Source of the DNA: a virus
Lineage: Duplodnaviria; Caudoviricetes
Virus record (IMG/VR): IMGVR_UViG_3300028833_000053
DNA: 64,000 nt
Reading direction: 5' to 3' (one strand)
A model generated the notes under the pieces. The model was not told the origin of the DNA, searched no databases, and saw only the letters and a program-made list of their open reading frames with translations. Below are positions 12,501 through 23,420 of this stretch, piece by piece (positions within the stretch are counted from its first letter, which is position 1; every line of letters begins with the position of its first letter). The position numbers were made by a program, and so were the translations under genes.

Positions 12501-14304
12501 CTACATCAATATTGGCGGTTGCAAGTACGAGTTCATCTTGAACATATTGATGATATTCAACGCCAACACCGGACACTTTGAGGATGGCACCGAAATAATG
12601 CGCGTTGAAAAGGATATGGGAATGTCGTTCAAGTTCCCCAACGCCTACAGGACGGGATACGTGTTGAATGGTTGGTATGACGCTTCCACCGCCGGAACAA
12701 AGATAGGAATACCCGATGGACAGTATATCCCGGACAAGTCACGCACGGTGTTTGCGCATTGGGACCCGATTAGGTACTATGTCAACTACAATGGAAACGG
12801 GAATACATCTGGAACCATGTCGAAGTCCGAGCATTTCTATGACCGTACATTGAACCTTGCGGAAAATGGCTTTGCTAGGACATACACGGTGACGTTCAAC
12901 GCCAATGGCGGTGATTGTTCAACGTCGGAGGTCACGGCAACACGTCCATTCAAGGAATGGAGAACCAATGCCGATGGAACAGGGACGAAGTTGAACAACA
13001 GACATTCTGAAGTTGTCAATTTGACGGCAATCGAAAATGAAACGAAGGAAATCTACGCCCAGTGGAGCAATGCCACAATAACGTTGCCATCCGCTACAAA
13101 GGCAAACCACACATTTTCCGGTTGGTATGATGCATTGACGGAAGGACACAAGATTGGGGACGCTGATGCAACCTATACATATGCGCCAACAGCCAACAGC
13201 ACGTTGTATGCGCATTGGGATATAGTCAAGTATGGCATTACACTCAATGCCAATGGCGGAACCATAAATGGAAAACCCCAGGACGTTGTGCAGTATGGTC
13301 ATGGTTCAGAATTTGGAAATCCATTGCCTGAAAGGGATGGATACGTCTTTGATGGTTGGTATTCAGAAGCCACCGGTGGAACCAGAATAGAGCCTACAAC
13401 AAAGATAACCGAAGCTGGAACGTACTATGCGCATTGGATTGAACAGATAGTTGTGACATTCGACAAGAACACGCCTTACAACGTCTATACGGTAAAGGGT
13501 GATGGAAGTGTCGGAGCATATTATTTCGCAGATGGTATTGTGCCAAAATTGAATGATTGGAACGGCGTTACAAAAGTGATTATGCTAGATGGAATAACCG
13601 AAGTAGGAAGTGGCGCATTTGATTCTTGGCGAAATTATCCGACGCAACCAAAACCAAACTTGCAGGAAGTGGTTTTCCCATCAACACTTAAAATCATCAG
13701 AGAAAATGCTTTCAAGGAATGTGAAAACTTGACAAGTGTGACTATACCGAACAGTGTTACGAGCATCGGGAATTATGCGTTCAGTGGGTGTAAAAAGTTG
13801 ACGAACTTGGTAATTCCTGACAGTGTAACTTATATGGGGGAAGGTGCGTTCAATCTTTGCAGTGGCATTGAAAGTATTACAATAGGCAATGGCATTACCG
13901 AACTTTCCGATCATGTGTTCCATAGTTGTGGCATGATAACCGGAACATTGAACATTCCAGATGGAGTGACTACTATTGGAGTAGCTGCGTTGGCCGGGCT
14001 GGGCGTATCAAGAATAACGTTTGGCAGTGATTTGACAACAATTAAAGATTCGGCGTTTGACTATTGTAGCAATTGCAAGATATTTGATTTTAGAAAGGTG
14101 AAAACTGTTCCGTCCTATCTAAATGAGTCTTGCTTATTCTATAGAATACCAGACGATAAGAAGATTATAGTTCCCGATGAGTTGTATGATTCTTGGAGAA
14201 GTACAGAACCCTGGAACGCAACAACAGATTATTGGGATGGTAAGATACATAATCACCAACAATGCATCGTCAAGGCAAGTGAATCTTCACTTGGGAGTTT
14301 ATAA
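3547..14304 (+). CDS. Giant virion-like protein (3585 aa): baseplate-wedge-like N-terminus, Listeria-Bacteroides (InlB B-type) repeats, C-terminal BspA-type LRR
   Basis: One frame with only TAG interruptions (3571, 3679, 4090, 5944, 6235, 6538, 10801, 10933, 11167, 11359, 11998), ends TAA; NANGG...F.GWY...LYAHW repeats about 11460-13450; VTIPNSVTSIGNYAFSGC LRR about 13590-14200. Confidence 0.85.
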
Positions 14305-14350
14305 CACGCGGTTATTGCAACCGCATTGAAGAAACAAGAGGAAACAAACA

Positions 14351-15301
14351 ATGGAAAAAACAAAAAACATAAACTAGGAGTTGGTTTCAAAGTACAAGGT
14401 TGACAATACCTTGCTTGAATCCTACTTCAAGAACGCGAGGAACCAGGACATCACTGGCGTGGTGTTCCCTCTCCGCGTTGACAACAGACAATACTGCTCT
14501 CCTACGGACTATCAAGCGGACAAGCCATCTTGCTGTGGATATTCCACGGCGCAGATTTTGGAGTCCCTCAACTGGGCCGCAACCGGAAAGGTTGTTCAGT
14601 TTGACGCAGATCAAATCTACGCGAAGTCAAAGGAGACGGACAAGCAAATGGGCATCCAGGGAACTTATCCCGACCTTGCCTTGATGAAGGGGCTTGATCT
14701 CATCCCCAATGGAAACAAGAACTACGTTGTGAAATGCTCAACTTCAAAAGACGTGGCCGAATTGAAGCGCGTGATTCACCAGAACATGTTTGCGTCCGTG
14801 AACCTCATGGTCACTGACGACATCTATGGTTTGGACAGTTCCAATTTCGTGTACCAGGGCACTGGAAAGACTGTTGGCGGACATTCCATGGTGTGTTGTG
14901 GATATGATGAAAACTCCAAGGTGTTCATCATGCAGAACCACTGGGGAACCGAATGGGGATTGAAGGGATTTTTCCTCTGTCCTTATGACGTTTGGGAGAA
15001 ACAGAGCAACATCATTTGTTGGTATGAGAAGGTGGAAGCATCTTCAATCAAGCCAGAAGTCCGTGAGGTTGTGAAGGAGGTTGTAAAGGAAGTGGTGAAG
15101 GAAGTTGTGGTGGAGGCGAAACCAGAGCCAAAGAAGGAAGAGGTGAAGCCGGAACCAAAAAAGTCCGAACCAAAAAAGCCGCTGCACCCAAAGCAGGAGC
15201 CAAAAAAGGAAGAGGTGAAGCCGGAACCCCCAAAGGAAGAGCCAAAAAAAGAAGAACCTCCAAAAGAGGAACTTCCGAAGGAAGAACCGAAGAAGGAGTG
15301 A
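14351..15301 (+). CDS. Papain-like (C1) cysteine peptidase with Pro/Lys/Glu-rich tail
   Basis: Q..PSCCGYS, GGHSMVCCGYD, QNHWGTEWGLKGFF; SD GAGG before ATG 14351; TAG at codon 9 (14375). Confidence 0.85.
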
Positions 15302-15310
15302 TTCACGAAT

Positions 15311-15355
15311 TGCAATGACTGGTTGAATCGTGGGTTCATTCAACCAGTTGTTGCA
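15311..15355 (+). terminator. Long hairpin (terminator or processing site)
   Basis: TGCAATGACTGGTTGAAT / ATTCAACCAGTTGTTGCA. Confidence 0.55.
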
Positions 15356-15374
15356 TGGAAACCGTTGGTGATTT

Positions 15375-15382
15375 AGTAAATA
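15375..15382 (+). promoter_or_regulatory. Putative late promoter motif AGTAAATA
   Basis: Recurrent motif upstream of recoded gene 15421. Confidence 0.45.
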
Positions 15383-15420
15383 GTACTGCAATTTGAATAT
15401 CATACGAAGGTAAAACGAAC

Positions 15421-18400
15421 ATGAGAATAATTATTGACAAGGACATTGCTGAAGTCCAGCTTCTTCAGGAAGCCTACGAGAAGGACATGCCAACCTACAA
15501 AGTGAGGGCTGTCAACCAATATGACAAGTTTGTGTACGCAAAGGACTTGAAGAAAATCAACGAGGCTTGCGATGCCGTGTATGACATCGTGTTTGATCCT
15601 GCGTTTGATGATTGCCAACAGGAAATCGTGGAAGTGTGCGAGGGAAAGGAGCGCATCATCTGGTCATCCGACAACAAGACATTGGTACAGGAATCGGTGT
15701 GGCAGGAAGCTGAGAAAGCCCAGGGTGCTGGAAAGAAAGGTGCGCAACAGAAAAACGCCAAGACCGACTAGAACAAGGGCGGTTTCTGGGACAAGGTGAA
15801 GGGTGCGGCGAAGGCCGTTGGTGGTGCGCTTGGAAAGGCACTTGACGGTCTTAAGAAGGGACTTAACATTGTCGGAGCCATGACAAAGCAGTTCTCCAAG
15901 GACATGCTTACCAAGTGGAGAAACGCAGGTTACTTCAACAAGGAAGGACGCATTACGGGACTTGGTTACAAGGTGATGATTGGCGAGGTTGAGAATACGG
16001 TCCCCGTTGAAACTGAGGACAAGACAAATGACATTACCCAGGCATGGAAGGTTGCACAGTCCAATGTGGTGAATGCCCTTAAGAAGCAGGGCTTTACGAT
16101 AAATGGTGAAGTTCAGGCGATTGTGAAGAACGATAAAGACCCCATTACTCTTTCAGCGGATGTTACCGACAAAGATGGCAATGCCTCTTCAATTGAATTC
16201 AACCAGGATGGAACAATGGTTGATGGCGGCGCGCAGAACGCCCAAAACGCCGATGGTGGAAATGGCGGAGGAAACAATGGAGGCGGTGCCAATGGTGGTG
16301 GCAACGGCGGAGGAAACAATGGCGGAGGAAACAATGGCGGAGGAAACAATGGTGGTGGAAACAATGGTGGAGGTGATGCCGGTGGTGCAGCCAATACCCA
16401 GCAAATAACCCCCGACCAGGCACAGAAGAACCCAAAGGCCGCCCTTGGCAACCTTGCAACCCGTGTGGCAAACCTTGAACAGGCTGTTGGAATAAACGAA
16501 TCCACTTCCTACAATTGGAACTATGACAACCAGGTTAATACGAACCGCCAAGGACTTGAGCGCATGGTCATCAAGAGGTTCTTCAATGACTTGAACGATC
16601 CTGACGTGAAGGAAATCAAGTTTGTTTCAGAATCCGGCAAGGTGAAGGTATATGAAACCGCAAAGGGTTCTGAAGCCTATGCCGAGTTCAAGAAGGACTT
16701 TAGGGAAGCAACCGCAAACGCCACCGGCAAGTTTGCGCAGTACAAGGTGACCGTTGAATCAGGAACGAAGTCAAGGCTCAATGGCTACAAGTTCTCTTCA
16801 TTTGGACTTGACGACGACTTTGATTCCGAAAGCAAGACCATCATATTCAGGGAAAGCGTGAAGAAACTTGTTTCCCCTGATGATACCACTAAAAAAAAAG
16901 TTGAACCAACCAAGGTAAACGAATCCGAAGTCAAGATTCCGGAAGTCCCCAACAACACGGAGACTTGTGGCTTGACTTTGGAGCTTGACAAGAAAGACCC
17001 GCTTGAACAGGTGCAGGCTTTGCTTGCCTCCATGAACAAGTACAATGGAATTGAGAAAAAGACACCCGAGAACTATGACGGAACCATTGACACTGGCGTT
17101 TCCACATATCCAGATGTCCCGACTTTTGAGACACCAAAGAAGCAGGAACCATTGGAGGTTCCCGAACAGAAAACCCCAAAGGTTGAAACTCCGGAAGTTG
17201 TGAAGGAAGCCGAGGGGGACGATGATGGTGGCGGAGACGATGGTGGCGGAGAAGCTGACCCGTTTGGTGGTGGTGACGATGCAGGTGGCGGAGACGACGC
17301 CGGTGGTGGGGATGACCCATTTGGCGGCGGTGCCGATGGGGGTGGTGACGCCGGTGGAGATGCTGGCGGTGACGCAGGGGGAGGAGAAGCTGACCCGTTT
17401 GGGGGTGGTGACGGAGGAGATGCCGGTGGAGACGCAGGCGGAGACATGGGCGGTGACGCAGGTGGTGATGCGGGAGCCGAAGGTGGTGATGAAGCCGCCG
17501 GCGAACCTGCCCCGGAACCAGCCGTGAACACGGACGCACAGGGCAACCCACAGTCCCAATATAACATCAACATTACCGAGCCTTTCAACGCCGAGCAGGA
17601 TTTTACGTTGAACGAGGAAGAGCAAAAGGAGTTCTTTGGGAAGATTGACCAGTTGGTGAAGATTCCAGACATGGACAACTATTCCCTTTACCTCTATCAA
17701 ATAACGCCAGAGAACATGAACCTTGACGATGTTCATTACATCGAGGCTCTTTACCAACTCTCCGTGAAGTTGGGTCTGCTTGAGGACGTTTACGCCGATT
17801 CCAACTTGCTTGAGAAGTACAATTCCTATAAGTATTCCGTTGTGAAGAATGGTGAGGGCGAAGATGCCACGCAGGGTGAGGATGCCTTGACCGTCCAGGA
17901 GCAGAAGACCCCAATTTGGCAGGGCAACAAGGTTCTGTCAGAAGCGAAGGAATCCGAGAAAAAGACCGTCAAGGACGACAACGAAGAGAAGAACAAGGAT
18001 TCCAAGAAAGCGGGAACTTCCGAGAAGGACGATGAACGCCGTGGTGCAAAGGACATGAAACTTGACCTTGACAAGAACGGTGCGCCAAAGCCCGTTGTGA
18101 TTGACACAACGAAGGAAGGTTGGGATTCCCTGAATGGCAAGGAACATGGCAAGTTGGTGGACTCCACGGTTGAGGGCGATTTCCACGGGCTGGGTTGGCT
18201 TGTGACGTTCAAGGCTATGCAATTCGGCTCCCCAAGGTACATGACAATGTACATCAAGAGGAATGGCAACGAAAAGGCCGAGAAGCAGTGCGAAGAATAT
18301 CTCAAGAGACTTTCCTACTCCGAGATTGAGTTTGTGAAGATTGAGGAAATCGACCCATACGAGTACATGTACAGGCAAAGCTGCTCTGGAATGAAGACGC

Positions 18401-18957
18401 CCGAGGAAATCCAACAGGCTTCCGTTGTGAACAAGGACATTCCCTATCTTGAAAGTTCCGAACCGGATTCAGTTCCAAACGACATCAAGAGGGACATCAA
18501 GAAGGTCATAACGAAGCTCAACGCGGAAATCCGCAACACAAAGCAGTTCAACTTCATGAACGAAACTGGCGTGTTCAAGCCGCAGATTGACCCACACGAA
18601 TTCATGATGGGCTACAGGACGGCGAAGGTTGACGAGACCGTTTCGGAAACCACCTACAAGTTCGTGTTCAAGAAGAACGATTCCACGTTCTCCCGCATGT
18701 TCTATTCCAACTTGAAGGAAAAGCTGTTCAAGTACCTTGGCATTTTTGCCCAGAAGTTCGGTCTTGAATGTGGTTGCGAATCTACGCCAAAGGCAATCGT
18801 CATCGACTTCATCAGGTCAGACCTTGGAAATCCTGGATATGACCTTGAAGGAATGGTTGATACTGTGGAGGAACAGCCAGTTGAGACAGACAACAAGGAA
18901 GAGGCGTCCGTTGCGCCAACACTTGACCAGGCTATGGAAATGGCAAAGAAAATTTAA
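15421..18957 (+). CDS. Large low-complexity virion-like protein (1178 aa), TAG read-through at 15769
   Basis: ORFs 15421-15771 and 15796-18957 share a frame separated only by TAG; Gly-rich linkers; xxES/xxEA motifs; internal KFVSESGK motif. Confidence 0.75.
16255..16374 (+). repeat. GGNNG coding repeats (15-nt unit)
   Basis: ggcggaggaaacaat tandem units. Confidence 0.85.
17215..17490 (+). repeat. Gly/Asp coding repeats (GGDA, GEADPFGGG)
   Basis: Visible directly in the translation. Confidence 0.85.
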
Positions 18958-18972
18958 TTGAGGTAAAACCAA

Positions 18973-19857
18973 ATGAAAAAACTTAACATAACGAGAAAAC
19001 ATTACATGGAAAGCAGTTATTTCCAGAGAAAGTACGGAAAGTTGGAGTATGTCTCCGAATCTGGAAAGTTGTTCAAAACAAACAAGGGTAAGGTCTTGAA
19101 GTTCAACGAGTCATCCTATGAAAGCCTGCAGGAGTTCTATGATTGGTTGAATAGAAACACCGAGTTGGACAGCGGAATCCATGTCAGGTATCACGACAAC
19201 GAAGATGGAACTGAATCCCTTGAAATGACGTTTGACGACAGGTTTGCCTGGGGAGACGATGTTGATGATGGAGTCATACCAAAGGAAGAGTCCGAGAATT
19301 ATCAGCATTGGCTTCAAATGTTCAAGTCCAAGGCAAAGGAGAATGGATGGGAATTCAAGAAGGACTATGACGATACCTATGACGAATATGTGCTAATCCT
19401 CATATCTGTTGGTTCACAGAATGATTATGATGAATCAGGTAAGAGGTTTGGCAACAAGTTCGTTGGTGAATCCGATGATGGACGTTGGTCCGAATATGGC
19501 GAGTTCCTGGGTCAGCTTCCAATGGATTGCATCGAGGACTGCTCACACAGTGGCAAGTGCGATTCCGAAGTCGAGTACTGGACAGACCAATTGCAGTTTG
19601 CCGATGGACTTCCCATTGACAAGGCTATTGAGTTCATTGCCGAATATGGCGCGTGGGGCCGTGAGGAACTTTCACAGAAATCCCCAGAGGAAATAGCCCA
19701 AATCGTTCTTTGGATTTTCTGTGGAAACCTGAAGGACGAGGCTTATCAGTTCATGCGCGATGGTGACAGCGAAGACTGGCCCGACCTTGAAGATTGGGAC
19801 GAGAAGGATTGGAGGCGGTTCCAAGAGGAGCAGTGCTTTCTTGGATTGAACAACTGA
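18973..19857 (+). CDS. Acidic hypothetical protein with shared MKKLNIT...SESGK N-terminus
   Basis: First ~42 aa align with the 1106 protein. Confidence 0.75.
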   Translation: MKKLNITRKHYMESSYFQRKYGKLEYVSESGKLFKTNKGKVLKFNESSYESLQEFYDWLNRNTELDSGIHVRYHDNEDGTESLEMTFDDRFAWGDDVDDGVIPKEESENYQHWLQMFKSKAKENGWEFKKDYDDTYDEYVLILISVGSQNDYDESGKRFGNKFVGESDDGRWSEYGEFLGQLPMDCIEDCSHSGKCDSEVEYWTDQLQFADGLPIDKAIEFIAEYGAWGREELSQKSPEEIAQIVLWIFCGNLKDEAYQFMRDGDSEDWPDLEDWDEKDWRRFQEEQCFLGLNN

Positions 19858-19871
19858 CAGGAGGTATTGAC

Positions 19872-20117
19872 ATGACTGAAATCTATACTGTCATTGAGAA
19901 GGACTACACTGGTTTCCTTACATTGGATTCATTCTATACGTTTGATGCAGCCTGCAAATGGTGCGCCAACAAGGTGTGGGATGAATGGGGACGTGAGGAT
20001 GACGAAGAAGCCGTGAAGCAGGAAGTTTGTGAATCCCTTGGTGACACGGGAGAGTACATCGACGAAAGCAACAACCACTATACCATAAAGACTGGCAAGT
20101 TGTATGAGACAAATTGA
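19872..20117 (+). CDS. Hypothetical protein
   Basis: SD GGAGG before ATG 19872. Confidence 0.7.
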   Translation: MTEIYTVIEKDYTGFLTLDSFYTFDAACKWCANKVWDEWGREDDEEAVKQEVCESLGDTGEYIDESNNHYTIKTGKLYETN

Positions 20118-20142
20118 TTCTGCTTTTCAGGAAGCGGATTAA

Positions 20143-20181
20143 AACGCAACCGTGGATGCCACCCAGCACCCACGGTTCGTT
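20143..20181. terminator. Hairpin between convergent genes
   Basis: AACCGTGG...CCACGGTT. Confidence 0.55.
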
Positions 20182-20232
20182 GTTTCTATTTTAGGTAATA
20201 ACAATTATCATTCACTTTTTAGGCATCTGCAA

Positions 20233-21288
20233 TTATACGCCGGAACCGGGAACAAAGTTGATGGTTTTCACTTTTAATAGAAAACCGAACAGTTGAGTTT
20301 CAGCATCAACCGAGTGTTCAATCTTGTAAAGGCGTTCAACCAAATCCATGAGGTCTTCACAGGGGATGTTGTAGTTGTCAACCAGGTGGTTGAAAATCTC
20401 CTCCGCCAAGCCATAGGGGTTGCAGAGTTTCGCAAGGTTGCCGTTGTTGCCAAACGAAATGACCTCGTTGTTGTATGCCTTGCGCATGTTCAACGGTGTG
20501 TCGCTTCCCTTCACCACGTTCAGGAACTGCGTCAAGGCGTTTTTTATGGCTTCCTTGTTGTTTATGGCAATGCTTTCAACGTCTAACTTTCCACCAACGC
20601 ACGCCGCCTGCAACTGTCCCACAACCGAACGCATGTCTGGATAATAGGACTTGATGAGGCTTCCGAGGAACTGCTTGGTCTTTGTTGCCTCGCTCACAAT
20701 CTCTATGTTTTCCTCCCCCATGATGTAGAGAAGGTTGGAAATCATTTCAGAGACGGAAAAACTCAATGTCTTTGGCGGCAGCCTTGAAGGGCAAATCGGA
20801 CCAAGTACGTTCTGTTGCAAGTTTGCCGTCCCAATGAACCTGCAGTCTGGATACGCCTCAATGACGTTGCGCAGTGCCTTTTGGAACGAGTTTGCCTGTG
20901 TTGCGGACGCAGAATCCAACTCGTCCAATATGATGAATTTCCTGCCCCTTGACGCGCTCTGGCAGAAGGGAATGATTTTGGACTGGATGGACTCCACTTT
21001 ACCTTCTCCAGATGCACAGGACACGAACAGGATGTCGGAGTTGGGCGACGAGTTCGCCAATATAAGGGCAAGGGTGGTCTTTCCTATTCCGGGTCCGCCA
21101 ATCAAGCATACGTTTTGGATGTCGTCTTCCTCTATCTGCCTTTGGAACATGGTTTTCAACTTCTCGTCAAGGCAAAAATGCTCCAGGCTCTTGGGGCGGT
21201 ATTTAGTCACCCAGAGTCCAGCTTCCCTAGTTGGGGCAAATTCACCGGAACCGTTGTTTTCAAGTATGTCTTCCTCAAAGTCAATCAT
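20233..21288 (-). CDS. Sliding-clamp loader AAA+ subunit (RFC small / T4 gp44-like)
   Basis: LWVTKYRP, Walker A GGPGIGKTT, Walker B ILDELD, YYPDMR. Confidence 0.9.
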   Translation of the reverse strand: MIDFEEDILENNGSGEFAPTREAGLWVTKYRPKSLEHFCLDEKLKTMFQRQIEEDDIQNVCLIGGPGIGKTTLALILANSSPNSDILFVSCASGEGKVESIQSKIIPFCQSASRGRKFIILDELDSASATQANSFQKALRNVIEAYPDCRFIGTANLQQNVLGPICPSRLPPKTLSFSVSEMISNLLYIMGEENIEIVSEATKTKQFLGSLIKSYYPDMRSVVGQLQAACVGGKLDVESIAINNKEAIKNALTQFLNVVKGSDTPLNMRKAYNNEVISFGNNGNLAKLCNPYGLAEEIFNHLVDNYNIPCEDLMDLVERLYKIEHSVDAETQLFGFLLKVKTINFVPGSGV

Positions 21289-21308
21289 AATGTTCTCCAG
21301 TACTCCAA

Positions 21309-21337
21309 ATTATACCCCAACAAGCCACATTTGTAAA
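21309..21337 (-). promoter_or_regulatory. Sigma-70 promoter for the clamp loader
   Basis: TTTACA-N17-TATAAT on the minus strand. Confidence 0.65.
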
Positions 21338-21351
21338 TATCCAAAACCCCA

Positions 21352-21380
21352 TTGACATTACCATCGGGTTTTGCTATACT
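21352..21380 (+). promoter_or_regulatory. Sigma-70 early promoter
   Basis: TTGACA-N17-TATACT. Confidence 0.8.
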
Positions 21381-21407
21381 GTTCGCTGTCAAGGAGAAGT
21401 AAGGCAA

Positions 21408-22505
21408 ATGAACTACGATTCCACAATTTCGCTGAAAGTCAATTTGTCCCGTGTGTTGGACGAGTTGATAATGGACGGCACTGAGCTGGAAACCATAGTG
21501 CAGTTCCTCAAATCCCATGAGAACGATATACCAGACATCTACGCCCATTCAGCCCTTGTGTATGATCTCTATGACCTTATCGCGCATCCTTTCAGGTTTG
21601 ACTCCTTCCTTTACAAGCACGTCAATGATCTGCCAACGGTGGAGTTTTGCTTTGCCGTGAATTCCCTTGCAACCTTGTGGATTGAGGATGACGTTCATTT
21701 CGGCGACACCCGCGAGTTGCAGAGGCGTTTCCACGGGACGGTTGAACTTGTGCGCTTCATCCGAGCCGGGTGGAATGGCGCGTACAAGGATGGTGAGTTT
21801 CTGGCGTTGACGGGTAAATCCGACCTTGTGGAATACTTGAACAAGCAGGACGAGCGTTCTCTGCGCGACTTTCTTCTCCATTCCTACAATGCCAAGTCCG
21901 CGTTCCAGGCAGGTACTTTCATGCGCTTGAACCCAGGTACGCAGTATATGTTGCTGACCAACGTGGTGCGTTTTTGCTCCGTTGGAAGTGGCATCTACAA
22001 CAGTGCCCGCAGGTTCTCTTCGGAGGAAGTTGCCCGCCAGTGCTATGTGGTGGCAGACCTTGTGCGTTCCTTGATGAAGCAGCTTTTGGCGTTGAACAAC
22101 ACCGAGCTTTTCAACTGGGTTGTGGACGTGTTGGGTTTTGGGCAGGAGAATTCCGACTACATCTACAAGTTTGACCGCCTTGAAAGCAACCTGCGCGATT
22201 CCATTCTTTCCACCATTCCCAAAAGCCTTGTGGAGCGTCTGCCGTCCGCCGACGAATGGGGTTTCCGTCCCGATCCCGAAGGACGTACCACCTATGAGGA
22301 AATAGTGTTTGACATGAACCTCATCGAGACGCAGTTCGAGACCTATGACCTTTTCCTCTACATCTACCTTCTTGACAACTACCTCTTGAAGGGAATGAGG
22401 GACAACTTGGACTTGATGGAGTTCTTCAACCTTCCATTTGATTGGGACGAGTTGAAGAAATTGAAACCAGATTACAAGTTGAAGGTATATGGCGTAAATG
22501 ACTGA
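21408..22505 (+). CDS. Hypothetical protein
   Basis: 365-aa ORF directly after a promoter. Confidence 0.8.
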   Translation: MNYDSTISLKVNLSRVLDELIMDGTELETIVQFLKSHENDIPDIYAHSALVYDLYDLIAHPFRFDSFLYKHVNDLPTVEFCFAVNSLATLWIEDDVHFGDTRELQRRFHGTVELVRFIRAGWNGAYKDGEFLALTGKSDLVEYLNKQDERSLRDFLLHSYNAKSAFQAGTFMRLNPGTQYMLLTNVVRFCSVGSGIYNSARRFSSEEVARQCYVVADLVRSLMKQLLALNNTELFNWVVDVLGFGQENSDYIYKFDRLESNLRDSILSTIPKSLVERLPSADEWGFRPDPEGRTTYEEIVFDMNLIETQFETYDLFLYIYLLDNYLLKGMRDNLDLMEFFNLPFDWDELKKLKPDYKLKVYGVND

Positions 22506-22512
22506 AGGGTAC

Positions 22513-22541
22513 TTGACATTCCGAGCCGTATTTGATATACT
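22513..22541 (+). promoter_or_regulatory. Sigma-70 early promoter
   Basis: TTGACA-N17-TATACT. Confidence 0.8.
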
Positions 22542-22572
22542 GTAGGTGTCAAGAGAAAACAAGGAGCAGAAA

Positions 22573-22884
22573 ATGAAAAAGACCTACATTGTAGACTGGA
22601 CGAACAAGACCCGCCGGGGCTGGCGCGACTACCGCAAGGTGGTTGAGACGGACAACATCGCCGAGTACGTCAAGGAGAAGATGAAGTTGTACTTTGGCGT
22701 GGCTTGGGGAATGGGTATGTTCCGTTCCGCCACTGAGGTTGTCAAGGCCGACAGGTTTGGCTATGCCTGGAAGGAAGTCAAGGGTGGCGAGTATTGGTTC
22801 ACCCGCGACACGAGCATTGTTTCGGGAACCGTCAGCTGGGTGGCAAACTACTTCGACTACAAGTTGAAGGAATGGATGGTTTAA
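22573..22884 (+). CDS. Hypothetical early protein
   Basis: SD AAGGAG; tight operon packing. Confidence 0.75.
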   Translation: MKKTYIVDWTNKTRRGWRDYRKVVETDNIAEYVKEKMKLYFGVAWGMGMFRSATEVVKADRFGYAWKEVKGGEYWFTRDTSIVSGTVSWVANYFDYKLKEWMV

Positions 22885-22895
22885 GGAGAACTGAA

Positions 22896-23093
22896 ATGGG
22901 ACGTTACAGGGTTGAGTGGAAGCCGAAAGGCGAGAATGTTTGGGAGGACACCTTTCAGTACACGGATGACTTGAAGAACGCCACCCGGGTTGCAAAGGCC
23001 TGGAAGATGGGTATGTTCTGCTATGAGAAGCCGGAGGATGCCCGAATTGTGGACACCGTTGAAAACAAGGTCATTGAAGTGGAGGTAAATTGA
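22896..23093 (+). CDS. Hypothetical protein
   Basis: SD AAGGAG before ATG 22896. Confidence 0.7.
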   Translation: MGRYRVEWKPKGENVWEDTFQYTDDLKNATRVAKAWKMGMFCYEKPEDARIVDTVENKVIEVEVN

Positions 23094-23094
23094 A

Positions 23095-23418
23095 ATGGCT
23101 AAATTGGAGAAACGTTGGATTGTGGAAACCACGATAGCAGAGAGCTGGGATGGGAAGAACGGTGCGCCAAACGTGTGCTTTGACACCTACGATGCCACAT
23201 CCCTTGAGGACGCAAGAATGTTTGTCCAGACCAAGATTGGGAAAATTGCCATAGACGGTGACAACAAGCTGGAATGGATAAAGTGGACTACAACGCAGGT
23301 TGAAGTCCGGTTCAACTATCCAAACGAGGGCGCGGGGAGGGTTCACCAAAACTACATCATGGCAATCCTGGAGGTTGACGAGAACGGAATCCTCAAGTAC
23401 GCCGAGATTGGAGATTGA
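23095..23418 (+). CDS. Hypothetical protein
   Basis: SD GGAGG; operon packing. Confidence 0.7.
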   Translation: MAKLEKRWIVETTIAESWDGKNGAPNVCFDTYDATSLEDARMFVQTKIGKIAIDGDNKLEWIKWTTTQVEVRFNYPNEGAGRVHQNYIMAILEVDENGILKYAEIGD

Positions 23419-23420
23419 CG

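Noticed and set aside
13480-14304. Diversity-generating retroelement target
   Set aside because: No reverse transcriptase or template repeat seen in this window
21331-21339. TGTAAATA as a late promoter
   Set aside because: Explained by the minus-strand TTTACA -35 box of the clamp-loader promoter
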